Shown: positions 11,741 to 23,575 of the stretch, piece by piece | How positions within the stretch are numbered: the stretch's first letter is position 1 | Layout of the letters: every line of letters begins with the position of its first letter | Source of the DNA: Euglena gracilis | Taxonomy: Eukaryota | NCBI GenBank assembly: GCA_039621445.1 | Contig: CP154954.1 | Span: forward strand, 26,114,954-26,178,953 | DNA: 64,000 bases | Direction: 5' to 3' | Translations under genes and position numbers: made by a program | The notes under the pieces: generated by a model | The model's database searches: none | What the model saw: only the letters and a program-made list of their open reading frames with translations | Told to the model about the DNA's origin: nothing

Positions 11741-13225
11741 ATGAATTTGACCCAAAATATGTCCCATTGGCAAAATGGGTGATTGCATAAGTTGGAAAGA
11801 ATGTCATGGCAAAAAGGGGGGGAGGGGAAACATGAAATTTTTGTGGAAGAAACCCCCCCCAAAACAGAAAAGAATGGTCCTCACCCCACCTTCCATTTGG
11901 ACAACCGAAACCCTTTTTGGCACCCAACGCCCAACGCACTTTCACACCCAAAAATGGCCCAAGTGCCTAACGTTGGTGCATTTCCACACCCAGAACAGAC
12001 TTTTTTTTGCCATTTTTTCAAAAATGGCCATTTTGGGCCATTTTTTTCTTCAAAAATGGCTTTGGGCCATTTTTTTAAGCCCAAAATGCTCCCTAAAAAT
12101 GCGACAGTCAAGAAAATCCTAACAAAATTCCCTTTCAAAAAATGGAAAAAATTGACAATATCGGACATAACAATCATCAAAAAAAAAGACCACTTTCAGA
12201 TCAAAAAGCATTTTTTTGTTCAAAAAATGGTCCAAGAATGGCCAAAAATGACCACTTTTTCGGACCAAAAATCACCGGTTTTAGGATGTGTGCCGCCCTT
12301 CTCGTGATAGGATGCAACGTCATGGATGCTGCCTCCCGACTACCTCCAAAGTGGCATACTTCCCCCGTGACCCCCCCCCCCGTGACCCCCACGTGACCCG
12401 CACCACCCCCACCCTAATTTTGAATGTCCAATGCCCATTTTGGGCGATTTTGGTTTGTTTTGAATTGTTTACACAAAAAATCAACCACTTTCAACCATTA
12501 GGGTTCGTCTGGGCCATTTTTTGCCGCTTTACAATACAGCACACAGGACAGTAGTTGTGCCATTGTTAGGTCGTTTAAAGCAGCATGATTTTTCAGGTGA
12601 AAATCCCTCAAGATGACCATGAAATTGACCCGAACTAGACCAAATTGGTTGGAATTGGCCAAAATGTCCAAAAAAATGCAAAAAGTCCCAATTGCAACCC
12701 AAAACGTAACCTCCAACAACAATAAACATGACCTTGAAGGGAGGTTATTGAGATTCACCACCACAAGGATGTGGACCTCATTTTCCTGTGAGTCACACGG
12801 CTGGCCGACGGTTGGCCGACGGCGTGCTCCACCAAAACTCATGGGCAATCTCAAATGACAAAGAGCTGAGAGGTGATGGAATCTTGGCGGACGTCAAATG
12901 AATTTGCATTTTGGGAACCTTGCAAAATCTTTTGTGTGCAATACTGAACTTGGGCATTTTACACGGGCAGAGGCATTGAGAAACCGGTAGTTGTTCCTGA
13001 AGTATTGTTTTGAACTTTGTGGAAAAGTGTTTAATGACGAATGAATTAGAGTGAGTAATATGTCCCAAGTTTTGATGTGATTTTGAATGCTTTTGGTAAA
13101 GAAGAAATAAGGGGTTTTGCAAACATATTGCATTCCTCGTGTCGAGGACAGTGTATTTTCCGAAGGGTCTCAGGGCAGTCTTTGGTCGACATCTGCTACA
13201 GTGCCTCAATTTGGCCATTTTTTTT

Positions 13226-13960
13226 GAAACCGTGTTAAGTCCACGATGTACACCGGCCGTGAAAACTGTGTTCAATCCAACTGTACAGCGGTGGTGTAGA
13301 TGTGTTTGTAACACGCTTTCCGTGCAATGTACACGTGTTACCAAAAAGAGTAAACATGCTTTCTGCACAATGTACACGTGTTACCAAAAGAGTAAACACA
13401 TTTTCCTGCAATGTACACGTGTTACCAAAAAGAGTAAACACGCTTTCCATACAATGTACACGTGTTACCGAAAGAGTAAACATGCTTTCCTGCAATGTAC
13501 ACGTGTTACCAAAAAGAGTAAACACGCTTTCCGTACAATGTACACGTGTTGCGAACACGGTACATTTGCGTTGTACCGTGTTATGAATGAAAAATATTTT
13601 ACAGGGTGACAGCATAACCAGAATGATTTCACCTTTTGGAGGGCTTCCACAAACTGCTTAACAGTGGGAGGGGCAGGCATGTGGGCCTCAGCGAGGTTAG
13701 CCAGGCTCAAAAAAAAAAGAGTAAACACGCTTTCCTGCAATGTACACATGTTACCAAAAAGAGTAAACACGTGCAATGAACACGTGTTACGAACACGTTC
13801 CATTTTCATTGTAGTGTTTGTAACCCGGTACAATTGCAATGTACCAAGGTACCCCGTTTTTGTACACGTGTTCACTATAATCGACATTTTTTTGCGCGAA
13901 CCACGGACTTGAACACGGTTTTCACTACCGGTGTACATTGTGGACTCTTAACACAGTTTC
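13226..13960. repeat. Inverted-repeat-bounded element with an internal 43/41-bp alternating (84-bp dimer) tandem array
   Basis: CAATGTACACGTGTT at 13325, 13368, 13409, 13452, 13493 and 13536; 13226-13278 is inverted at ~13906-13960. Confidence 0.85.
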
Positions 13961-15593
13961 AACACTGTTTCATGTTCTGATCCCGCTTTTTTTTACCAGG
14001 AAAACTGGGGGCGCCTTCGGCGCCCCCGGTCACAACGTCATTGGAAGGAATCCACATGTAACGGAAAGATATTAGGTACTGCCCCAAAAAGTATCAGCTG
14101 CCAAAATAACAAAAGGGGTAAACTTGCAATTTCTTTTAATAAGAAGAATTAAAAAGAAATATCAAGAATGAATCTGGCAACAGTTTTTGCTTCACAGCAA
14201 AATTCAGCATTCAAACCTCAAGAAGGACGGAATAAACGTGGTCTCAAAGGAATGAAAACTTGGAATACCCTACAAACACAGCCTTTGAAAGGCACAGTAT
14301 CAAATCCCAATGGTGTACGTAATTTTTTGTTTCCAAAAACAAGTGATTTGCGGTGCAAGTCGCCCAACGTACAGATTGCACACATTCCTCGGTTGCACAG
14401 CTGAAGACAACGTTCATCACGCTTCTGTTCCACGTTCTCCACTTTCGAGGTCACAAAGTTTTGGCATGTCCATTTGGGATTCCCTTTTTGGCCTCATTCA
14501 CGTCTTGAGTTATTGGGTTGGCAGCATACCTCTTCATTCATGACGGCAAGCTCTTTTTTCTGTTGCAGTGTCATCGTCAACCTGGATGCCTTAATTGTTG
14601 GAGAATTCTGACGGTCTAAAGGGCCAGCTTAAAGCCCCTTTGAAATCTTAATTCTTGCCCACGTGCGTGGGCAAGAATTAATTTTTTTTTGCCATTTGTT
14701 TGTTCCATTGAAATTTTAGGCCGTGAGACCTGAGCCTATGCCGACATTTGCATGCAAATTTACTCTGAGGAAGTGACCTTTCAAGGGGGGTGTTTCCCCC
14801 CCCGTAACCCCCCCCGTGACCCCCCCCCCCGTGACCCCCCCCTGTGACCCGAACAAAGACCCTTATCGGCCAAAAATTTTCGACAATTTTTTGGCCAGTG
14901 ATTCCTAATTTTACAAAATATTTATGTAGATTCCTAATTTTGAGACATAAATTTTGCAAATTTGGGGATGGTGATTCCTGATTTGCTTTTAAAATCCTAA
15001 TTTTAGCTATGGGGATTCCTAGCTTTTTTTGATTTTCTCGATGCCACACACATAGTTGGCAACCTGTTTTTTTTGGACTTTTGTTTTTTTTGTAATTCTA
15101 ACAATGTTTTTTTTAGAAAAAACAAAAAAAACGCCCACAAGGTTTTGGGGGAGAATTTTTTGGGTGATAATAAAAAACATCCTTCTTTTCCATCTGGTTC
15201 CCATCACAGCACATTTTATCAAAAGGTCAATGAAATGTTTCATCAAAACGTCAATGAAATTTCCCTTTTGTTTTTTTATGTTTTTTTTTGGCGTTCTGAA
15301 TTTCGCTTTTTTCGATGTTTTTGACCTTTTGGGGGCATTTTTGGGGGTCAAAAAAAACTCATTAGGAATCAAAACGGGGTTCGGGCATTTCCAAATGAAA
15401 ATTTCCCATGAAATTTCCTTTGTGTTTTTTTTGTTTTTTTTTGGTGTTTTTTTCAAATAAAACACGTTGTTTTTTATTATTTTAAAAAACAGAAAAAAAA
15501 CCAAGTATGGCCACACATAAGCCGATCCACACGGCGCTGCAACCCAGTAATTTATGCCTGCCTGAGTCATAACATAATAACTTGTAGTGAGTA

Positions 15594-15769
15594 CCCCCCC
15601 CCCTTATTGTCCCACCAACCTGCCCCCGGGAGGCCCGATCGGGCATTAAGGGGGGGGGACAATAAGACCGTACCAAAGGAATTTCATTGGCCGTGCCAAC
15701 CCCCCCCCCCCCCGCCCCGTCGGCCGAGGCCCAGGGACAATAAAGGGGGAAGGAAAAAAAGGGGGGGGG
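15594..15769. mobile_element. Tc1/mariner-like MITE (TA TSD)
   Basis: TA-CCCCCCCCCCTTATTGTCCC ... GGGACAATAAAGGGGG...GGGGGGGGG-TA. Confidence 0.6.
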
Positions 15770-15781
15770 TACTGGCCTTTC

Positions 15782-16670
15782 GGAGGTGTTCAGATCGCGG
15801 TTACATCGCGGTTACATCGCGGTTACATGGGGATCGTTTGAATCAATTCAATCACGTTCCGCATTTCCCGCACTACGTCACGTGCACAGTGGACAGTGTA
15901 CCAATCCACACAGAGACCCTTCATGATTACACATTCAACCCCAAATATGCCGGTCCTGTTTGGAAAGTGACACTTTTGACCTCCTTGCTTGGGGACATCA
16001 TTTTTCCGCCAATCGGACCCCATTTGGGCACAATGAGTGATTCGCAAATTTGGAGGGAGTGTTGCCCATGGAAGCATATGGAACAAAGAGAGGTTTGCCT
16101 TTCGGATTGCGTATTCCGGAAGGTCTCACATTGTTGCGCCACTTTGGAAACTGCACGGGAGGACTATGCCAGGAAGGACAAAATTGTACAACGAAATGCA
16201 TTCCTATTATCGAGGGCACGGGGAGCACGCATTGCATTGCATATCCTTTTGCAATCATGAGGCATGCTTGGAATGGCAAAGAAGCGGGTGGTCATGAAAG
16301 GCTCGCACATTGCGTAAGGGCGTTGTTCGGTTTTTTGAGTTTCCACCTCCACCGCCGCTTGCGTTATGAGCCGTTTGGACCCTGGTCACATTTCCCTCAG
16401 TCGAGTTCCTTATCAACAACTGCCCCCGTGCCCACACCCACTGTCCAGTATGCTTCCGCTCCTGAACACGAGGGGGCAGTTGTTGATGAGTGGGGCTCAG
16501 ACCATGAGGGCCCGCAGTTCCTCTCTCAGCGGTTGACCCGCAGTTTGACCTCTTTCTGTGCCGCACTCGGTGTGTCACCAGAGTGGGGTGCCCGATATGG
16601 GGGTCGCTTTGAGACTTTGTGCAACGCCTTGTTCAGATCGCGGTTACATCGCGGTTACATGAACACCTCC
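15782..16670 (+). mobile_element. Internally deleted PIF/Harbinger element
   Basis: Perfect TIR GGAGGTGTTCA/TGAACACCTCC; 3-bp TSD TTC (15779-15781, 16671-16673); subterminal (ATCGCGGTTAC)n at both ends; transposase remnant inside. Confidence 0.9.
15829..16400 (+). pseudogene. PIF/Harbinger-type DDE transposase (DDE_Tnp_4/HARBI1-like) C-terminal remnant, frameshifted
   Basis: TCTVDSVPI...FNPKYAGPVWKVTLLTSLLGDIIFPPIGPHLGTMSDSQIW...LSDCVF / LYNEMHSYYRGHGEH / FAIMRHAW...LRYEPFGPWSHFP across three frames. Confidence 0.8.
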
Positions 16671-17540
16671 TTCTTTTTGACATATGAAAGCGAATCATCT
16701 GTCATTTTCACATACAGCGTTCCATTTTTTGTGTGTCGTTCTTCAGATTGGTGGAAGGTCCACCCTGATATCGGCTGAGTGCCTGTGTCAAATGTATTTT
16801 CAGCAAGGCACAGCCGTTTTCCTCAGCGCTGTCCCTTCAATTTGGCAATACCTGGCAAACCCCTTGCACTTCCTCGTCGTTGAGAATCCAGCAAAACACC
16901 AGTGAAGTATTCATTTCGGCTGCACACCGCTTCAGATACCTACCCATGGCAACTTCGAAAATTGTTTTGGTCATACTCCTGTTTTCTAGGGTAAGGTAGC
17001 ATGTGTGCTACACCCACTCCGGATTTTTGCTCAGGGCTGCCTCTGTCGATGGGTGGCCATTTTCCCTCAGTAAGAAAAAATCTGCCCCTCGGAACGCTTT
17101 TTATATGTCTGTCAAGCCATTCTAGCTGTATGCAAAAGAGGTTGATGTTCTCTGTTCATCCAGGGGGATGCAGGCAAAATTTCTCTCCCCCGATTTGCGC
17201 CTTGAGGGCCACGTTGCATCGAGGTCAGGGCACAGTGCTGGAGCACTGCCTACCCGAGCTGTGATTCGGCTTGGACTTGGCAGCGTGCTGAACTCGGTTT
17301 GAACAAATGAAAGTGGCGCGTGGGCAAGCTTTTGGAAAGGGCGTCAGCGAGCCTGCAGATTCAGTGAGTGGCGGTAGAATTGAAAAACCCACAATTGAAA
17401 AACCGCAAGGGAGGTGGATCGTGAACTTCTTGGGGTCTGGGCATTTAGGTTGGGGTGTTCTCGCCCTGACCAGAAGGGAGAAAATGCCATCAGACCTGGG
17501 CGCCTAAGAAAGTGGTATACTTCACCACATAGAGTACAAC

Positions 17541-17976
17541 GGAGGTTAGGCACAGCGGGGGGGGGGGGTGAGGGTTGAGGGGGGGGGCGAGCGGCCACGC
17601 GGGGGGGAGGGGGGGGGAGGGGGGACCGAGGGCGGCCGCGCGGGCGGCGCGCATCCAAAAATCGGTGATTTTCGGGTCCAAAAAGTGGTCATTTTTGGGT
17701 CATTTTTTGATAAAAAAAATGCTTTTTTGGCTGCGTGCAGAGCGCGCGTCCCCCCAATTTGCCATTTTATGTCCGAAAATGGTCATTTTTGGCCATTTTT
17801 GGGCCTCAAAAAAGTCGCAATTTTTCGCAAATTTTTTCTTGGGTATGCTAGGCACAGTGGGGGGAGGGGGGTGCAGGGGGGGGGCGAGCGGCCACGCGGG
17901 CGGCCGCGCGGGGCCGCCCGCGTGGGGGGGGGGAGGGGAGGGTTCCCGACCCCCCCGAGCGGCGCGCCTAGCCTCC
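17541..17976. mobile_element. PIF/Harbinger-like MITE; partial sister ending at 8858
   Basis: TIR GGAGGTTAGGC/GCCTAGCCTCC; 3-bp TSD AAC (17538-17540, 17977-17979). Confidence 0.8.
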
Positions 17977-18250
17977 AACGAATACTTTTAGTAGCCTGGA
18001 CGGCAGTGTCACTGAAAGCACTGGCATGCATTCTTGCTGCGTTTTGAAAAGTTCACGCGCATGAATGCACCATCCTGCCCATCCCAAAAAAAACATCGCC
18101 CAAGGATCCAAAAACAACAGCGCGCCGGGAGCAAATTTCAATGTACTCCCAAAAACACTTCAAAGGGGCATTTTTCTTAGGGCCTATTGCATCATTTTCA
18201 CCACTGCTGGGGAGGGAGCCCAAAAGGGCATCCTCGGCAGTGCCGAACGT

Positions 18251-18716
18251 TAGACTGGGGGGGGGGTAGTGGGTAGTCGGCTGACTACTCAACTGGTCGG
18301 CCGACCAGGCCTAGTCGGTAGCTAGTCGGCGAGACGGGGTGGGGAGGGGGTAGTGGGTAGTTGCGGCCGACTACCCACTCTAATGTACTAACGGGTCAGT
18401 ATCGCCGACTTTTAATCCTGAAAAAAACTTTTGTCCAAATCACCTCAACACCAGTCAAAACCCACCCAAATGGCTCCAGAACCCCCCAATCGGGGGTGAA
18501 TATGCAAAATCTTGGGGGGAAATGTCATTTTGGACCACTATTGGCAAAAGAACACCTCTCCCCATTGGATTTTCAATATAATGTCAAAATTTCGCACAAA
18601 AAAAGGTCTTATCCCTCCAAGTGTGTTGCCGACATAAAAAGACATTTTGTTATTTGAGGGGGGGTGCGGGGCGGAGCCCCCCCCCGCCTATGCCAAAGTG
18701 AGCCACAAAAACGACT
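18251..18716. repeat. TE terminal segment beginning TAGACTGGGG; further partial copy at 20406-20504
   Basis: Inverted match to 1-323 plus 5116-5208; AGTCGGCCGACT palindromic subrepeats. Confidence 0.85.
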
Positions 18717-18849
18717 TAGACCCCGAGTATGTTGCCAACATAGAAGGGATTTTGTTTTTGAGGCTCGGGTGGGGGTGGAGGGGGGAGTTTTCTGCGTCCT
18801 CCTTATTATTGTGTGGCCTTTCCTTCGGGTCCAATAAAAATGCACACGA

Positions 18850-19728
18850 TGCAGCATGCTCAATACACTGGCCACTGTATTTCTGTGCACCTTGAAATAC
18901 TTGGCTACATCTTCGAGCAACACGTCCGGCGAATTTGCCAAGCGGGTCATTGCCGCACGTCGTGCAACGTTCTTGAAAGTTAAACGACGTCCGACAACTC
19001 CCGACACCCAGGTTGCCACTCCACGAAACGTCTCCTCCGACGGCAGCGTTTGCAGGAGTTGTCCAACAAGTTCGCCGATCGGAAGAGCCAGTTTCCTCAT
19101 ACACCGTTGGGCCTCAAAGCGTCCACTTCCTGCAACACCCATGGCAACTTGTCGTCTTGTAAAATTTCTTGGGGGGTGCACAGCCTCGTTTGCCGCTTTT
19201 TTGGTGAGTTCACGGGTGTAAGCAGACTGAAAGAACCGCTGGAACTTTGGAAACTGGGAGTTGGAGGAAGGCACCACTTGGGTTTTTGGCTTCGCTGAAG
19301 AGCACACACGCCCCATGGCATTCAGGTAGCCGCGGAAGGAGGATGCTTTCAATGCGTTGGCTCTGAATCTTTGACCGGCCTGTGCCCACCGTTGATCCCA
19401 CTGTTGCCTGATCTGGGCAGCGCCCTCAACCAACAAACTGGATCAATCATCCAGCCGGCCCAGGCAACAAAAAAGTCATCCAGATTATCGTTCACTGCCT
19501 GCAGGTCTTGACACAGCTGATGGAATTCCAAGGCACAAGCCTCCTGATTTTCTGATCCATGTGGCTGTTTTGCTGTTGCTTGTTGGAGCAAGAGTCCCGT
19601 GAACCGGATCGACAACAGGTGGGTTTCTTCTTGTCGTCGATGACTTTCTCCAACACGGCCAAAAATTCAGAAGTTTTCTGGGGACGAGGGAGCATCCTGT
19701 CCATGATAATAGCCGCGCGTTTTGCCAT
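18850..19728 (-). pseudogene. Crypton-like tyrosine recombinase remnant (internally deleted, frameshifted)
   Basis: C-terminus RLTFKNVARRAAMTRLANSPDVLLEDVAKYFKVHRNTV resembles the YR HxxR...H/W...Y box; N-terminal blocks (LEKVIDD, YLNAMGR, VVPSSNSQFPKFQRFF, EAQR) align with the 25400-26110 remnant. Confidence 0.6.
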
Positions 19729-20559
19729 TAGCAAAGAAAAGAGACCAGGAGACACAGGGTTTCAGTCCACGAAATACAGTGCAGGCGCCGCCCCCCCCCC
19801 CCCCCCCGACGCCTGCACTGTATTTCGTGGACTAAGTCCACGAATTACAGTGCAGGCGGCACGTGGACTGAATTTTTTCCAAAAAACGCTCTCAAAACCA
19901 CCTGCAATGCGTGAAGCCAATCCACGATATACAGGGCAGGCGCCGGGCCTCTGAGTCCACGGTTATACACGGTTACAGATAAAATCGTGGGTGTAACCCG
20001 TGTACGGGCCGTATAACGGGTTACACCCACAATTTTTTCTTATAAAACCTGTTACCCAAATTCACGGGCTTCCTCACAGTAGCTTAGTGGTTCCTAATCG
20101 CGGCTGTATCCTAACGAAACTCACGTTTTTGGCGTTCATGGGTGCGCTTGGGGCGTTCACAGGTGGGGGCATCTGGGCTTCCATCAGATTGACAAGGCGC
20201 TCATTACACTGTGGGGAAGCAGAAGAGGCCACAAAATTATAAAAATTATAAATAAACGGCCCATTCCGTTCACGGATACACTATAGTGCGCATGTGAACC
20301 GTTCACGGGTGCATTATAGTGAGCCCCCCCCAAGTGGACGATTTTTTGTCAGTTTTACGTGGTGCCGAATCCTTAAGAGTTGCAGCCGTGGATGGCGCAG
20401 GGCAGTAGACTGGGGGAGGGGTACTGGGTAGTCAGCCGACTAGTCGTCGAAATACCCACTCTAATGTACTAACAGGTCAAAACCGCCGACTTTTAAGCCC
20501 CCCCATGAAGAAAATCCTATGCAAACTAGTTGTGGCTAGTCGGTGGTCATAAAAATGGT

Positions 20560-21000
20560 CTGTGGCGGGCCCAAATCACCCGGAAATGGTAGCATTCTGC
20601 ATTACGAGGGGCAGAAATTTGTTTGCTATTTATTTGACCATACCATCCCTTTCCTCTTGCACCGCAAGTTTGAGACATGTATTGGTTGCTAAAAGATTGG
20701 ATTGGACTCTCAAGAGCTCTCTTTTCTTGATCCCCCCCATTTTTCAAATTTTGATCCTTTTTTATAAATTGATCCTTATCCACCCACACCATGAACAAAA
20801 CACCAAAGGTAACAACCAAATGGCCAGCCACACTTCTTATGATCGAGGGTGAGTCGCGTTGCGGGAGGGTTGCAGGGGTTGAGAGGCTAACTGCGGCTTA
20901 AGAGGCCCTTGCTTTCCTGACAAACCTTGTCCACAACCGATGCATGGTGCCGAGACGTTTCCGCATGGCCCCCAGAGCGTGTGTCTGAGGCAAAGCCAAC
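20560..21000 (-). pseudogene. Possible highly decayed piggyBac-like transposase C-terminus
   Basis: HHASVVDKVCQ (cf. YNxxMGGVDxxDQ), then HKKCGWP..YLW and a Cys-rich tail; many stops. Confidence 0.25.
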
Positions 21001-21329
21001 TGAATTTGTATCGGGGTGAAAATTATAATGGACTTGCCGATACCCTTGTCCCCCCCATTTGCCCTCCCAATTGGCCAATTGACCTCGGGACAAGAGATGC
21101 CAATTTGGAAATCACGACGAATCCAACCATGCTGGAAAAAAATTGAGTAGTTTTGGTTAGACGCAAGAAATTGGTTGGAAAGAAAAGGGTTGGGGTTGGG
21201 TCCTCACCGGCCCGTAATTGCCCCCCCCCCCCCATTGGCTAATGGGGGTCTTAAAGGAGCGGGGGGAGGGGGGAGGAAATGAAACAATTTGCACCTCACA
21301 CCACACCCCGGGCATGAATCCTTTCAATC

Positions 21330-21510
21330 AAAGCAAACTCCACGTGGCTCAAGAATTGGCCGAATTTGCCATATTTTTGTACACCATAGCTGTGACAGAG
21401 GCAACTGTGGAGCGCACTTTCAGTGTGCAAAAAATTTTGGAGACGGCTCTACGGAATGCATTGCATGAAAAAGTTGTTGAAACGGCACTTTTCGTGAAAT
21501 TGACAATCTC
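21330..21510 (+). pseudogene. hAT transposase C-terminal dimerisation domain fragment
   Basis: QELAEFAIFLYTIAVTEATVERTFSVQKILETALRNALHEKVVETALFVKL (ERxFS...RNxL motif); followed by ATAGGT subterminal repeats and a hAT-like right end TCCAGCCCTG at 21870. Confidence 0.85.
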
Positions 21511-22392
21511 ATCCCGACATCCCTTCGTGAGCCCAAGAAATTTTTCTACCATGAGGACATTTTGTTGGAAAATGAATCCCAAGGCGATGCTGACCTTTTC
21601 AATGTTGTTGTGTCAAAGTTTTGGTCTTGACAAACAGTTTGACTATTGCCACTGAACCGCCATTGTCACAATGGAGCGCATCTTCTCGCCTTTGTATTTG
21701 ATGCATTCTGGCCTTACAATTCCCCTTCACCCCCCGATGGATTATGCAATGAGTGAGTGTTTAATTTTTTTTCTCAGACATATAGGCGACACATACGTAT
21801 AGGTTTTGGTATAGGTTGTCCACATATAGGTATAGGTCTTTTTGCCAACCTATACCTATATCCAGCCCTGTCCTTTTCCTCTCAAAATGGTCATTTTGGT
21901 CTTTGGAGTTTTATCGAAATTTCCGAAAACTTGCCCAAAATGTCATTTTTGGCCATTTTTGGCCAAAAAAGTGCTCTTGTGGTGAAACTTCACCAGTGAA
22001 GTTCACCGTTGGGAGGGGGAAGGTCCGGGACCCCCCGGTGAACTTTCAAACGGTGAACTTCACCGGGGGGGGGGGGGAGGGTCCAAAATCCCAAAGTTCA
22101 CAGCCTGATCTCCACTGTGCAGCGTGGCTGAATTTGCTGGTCATCATTAGTCGTCTGATGACAAGAGCTTTGGATTGAGGGGTAAGTTTACTTGAACGAT
22201 TGACACAGCCAGAGACACATTCCCATGTCGAATTTCAGCGAAATCCAAAGGAGCGCAACATTGTAGAATTACGATGCCCCCCCAACTATTCCCTCGGCCT
22301 TTGGGAATAGTTGGGGGGGGGTTGGCATTTTTTGAAGGTACGTTGCGAAGGGGCAAGATTTTTTTTGAGATTTTTCTTTCCAATCACAGGAA

Positions 22393-23575
22393 CCAGGTTT
22401 TGAATAGTGCTGAGCTCTTAATAAGCGTGCACCCACCCCTTCATTGACCCCCCACATAAACCGGCCCACTCCATGGAGGTCTTTTGACTGAAATGCAAGG
22501 GTTTTGTGCCCGAAACGGGGCACTGGCGGGTCAAAAAACGCTCATTTTTGGCTCAAAAAAAACACCTTTTCCGGGTCCGGGAGGCCAAAGAACATCGTTT
22601 CGGGCAATTATTTTTCGACTTTTTTGACCCGAAAATGACCCTAAGTCCATTGGTGTCGGGCCCAAAACGGGTCAAAAAACGCTCATTTTCGGCACAAAAA
22701 CAGTTTTCCCGGGTCCTGGAGGCCAAAAAAGATCGTTTTGGGCAAAAATATTTTTCGATTCTTTTGGACTTTTTTTTGACCCGGGTTTGACCCAAAGTCA
22801 ATGAATGGGTTGGCGGCCCAAAACGGGGCGCTGGCGGGGTGAAAAACGCTCATTTTCGGCCCAAAAACAGTTTTTCCGGGTCCGGGAGGCCAAAAAACAT
22901 CGTTTCGGGCAAAATTTTTTTTTTTTTCGATTTTTTTTTGACTTTTTTGGCCGAAAACGGCCAAGTCGGACAGTGGAAAAAGTGTACAAAATGTCCCAAA
23001 TTGGCCGAAAAACGGCTGTATCTCGGGCTAGGCGGTGAGTTGCGGGGAAACCAAAATACCAGTAGATTGGGCATTCCAAGGGCTTCAATTTAGGCCTCCG
23101 GACATTTCCTTTGATTTGGCTTCATTTTCGAGATATTTTGAAAACATTGATTTTTTGACCCCCCACCCCCTGAAAACGGCTAAGTCGGACAGTGGGAAAA
23201 GTGTACAAAACGGCCATCGGGGCCGAAAACGGCCGTATCTCGGGCTGGGCGGGGAGTTGCGGGGAAATCAAAATACCGGTAGATGGGGCGTTCCAAGGGC
23301 TTCAAATTAGGTCTCCGGACATTTCCTTTGATTTGGCTTCATTTTGGAGATATTTTGAAAATTGACATTTTTTTGGCGGGGAGTTGGGAGTCAAACTCAG
23401 GTTATTCAGAAACTAGGAATCCAGTCGCTCGCGACTGAAATTTTTTTTTCGGGAACGGGGCCGGGATCATGGTGATAATCCGCCGGTTCCCGAGGTGGCC
23501 CTGAGGGGAGGGAAGGGGGGTTCGTGGTTTTCCCCCAGGGGTAAGCTTACCCATAAAGGGATAAGAGCTCAGCGA
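22393..23575 (-). mobile_element. Non-autonomous Helitron-like element (copy 1)
   Basis: On the - strand starts TCGCTGAGCTCTTATCCC and ends AAGAGCTCAGCACTATTCAAAACCTGG; no TSD; internal ~160-bp and ~218-bp tandem units. Confidence 0.7.

Noticed and set aside
13310-13560. CRISPR array or 28-aa repeat protein
   Set aside because: Units are contiguous tandem repeats without unique spacers
312-20504. Single 20-kb element bounded by GGGGGCTTAAAAGTCGG inverted repeats
   Set aside because: The matches are internal parts of dispersed copies whose true termini (TAGACTG) face inward; no TSD
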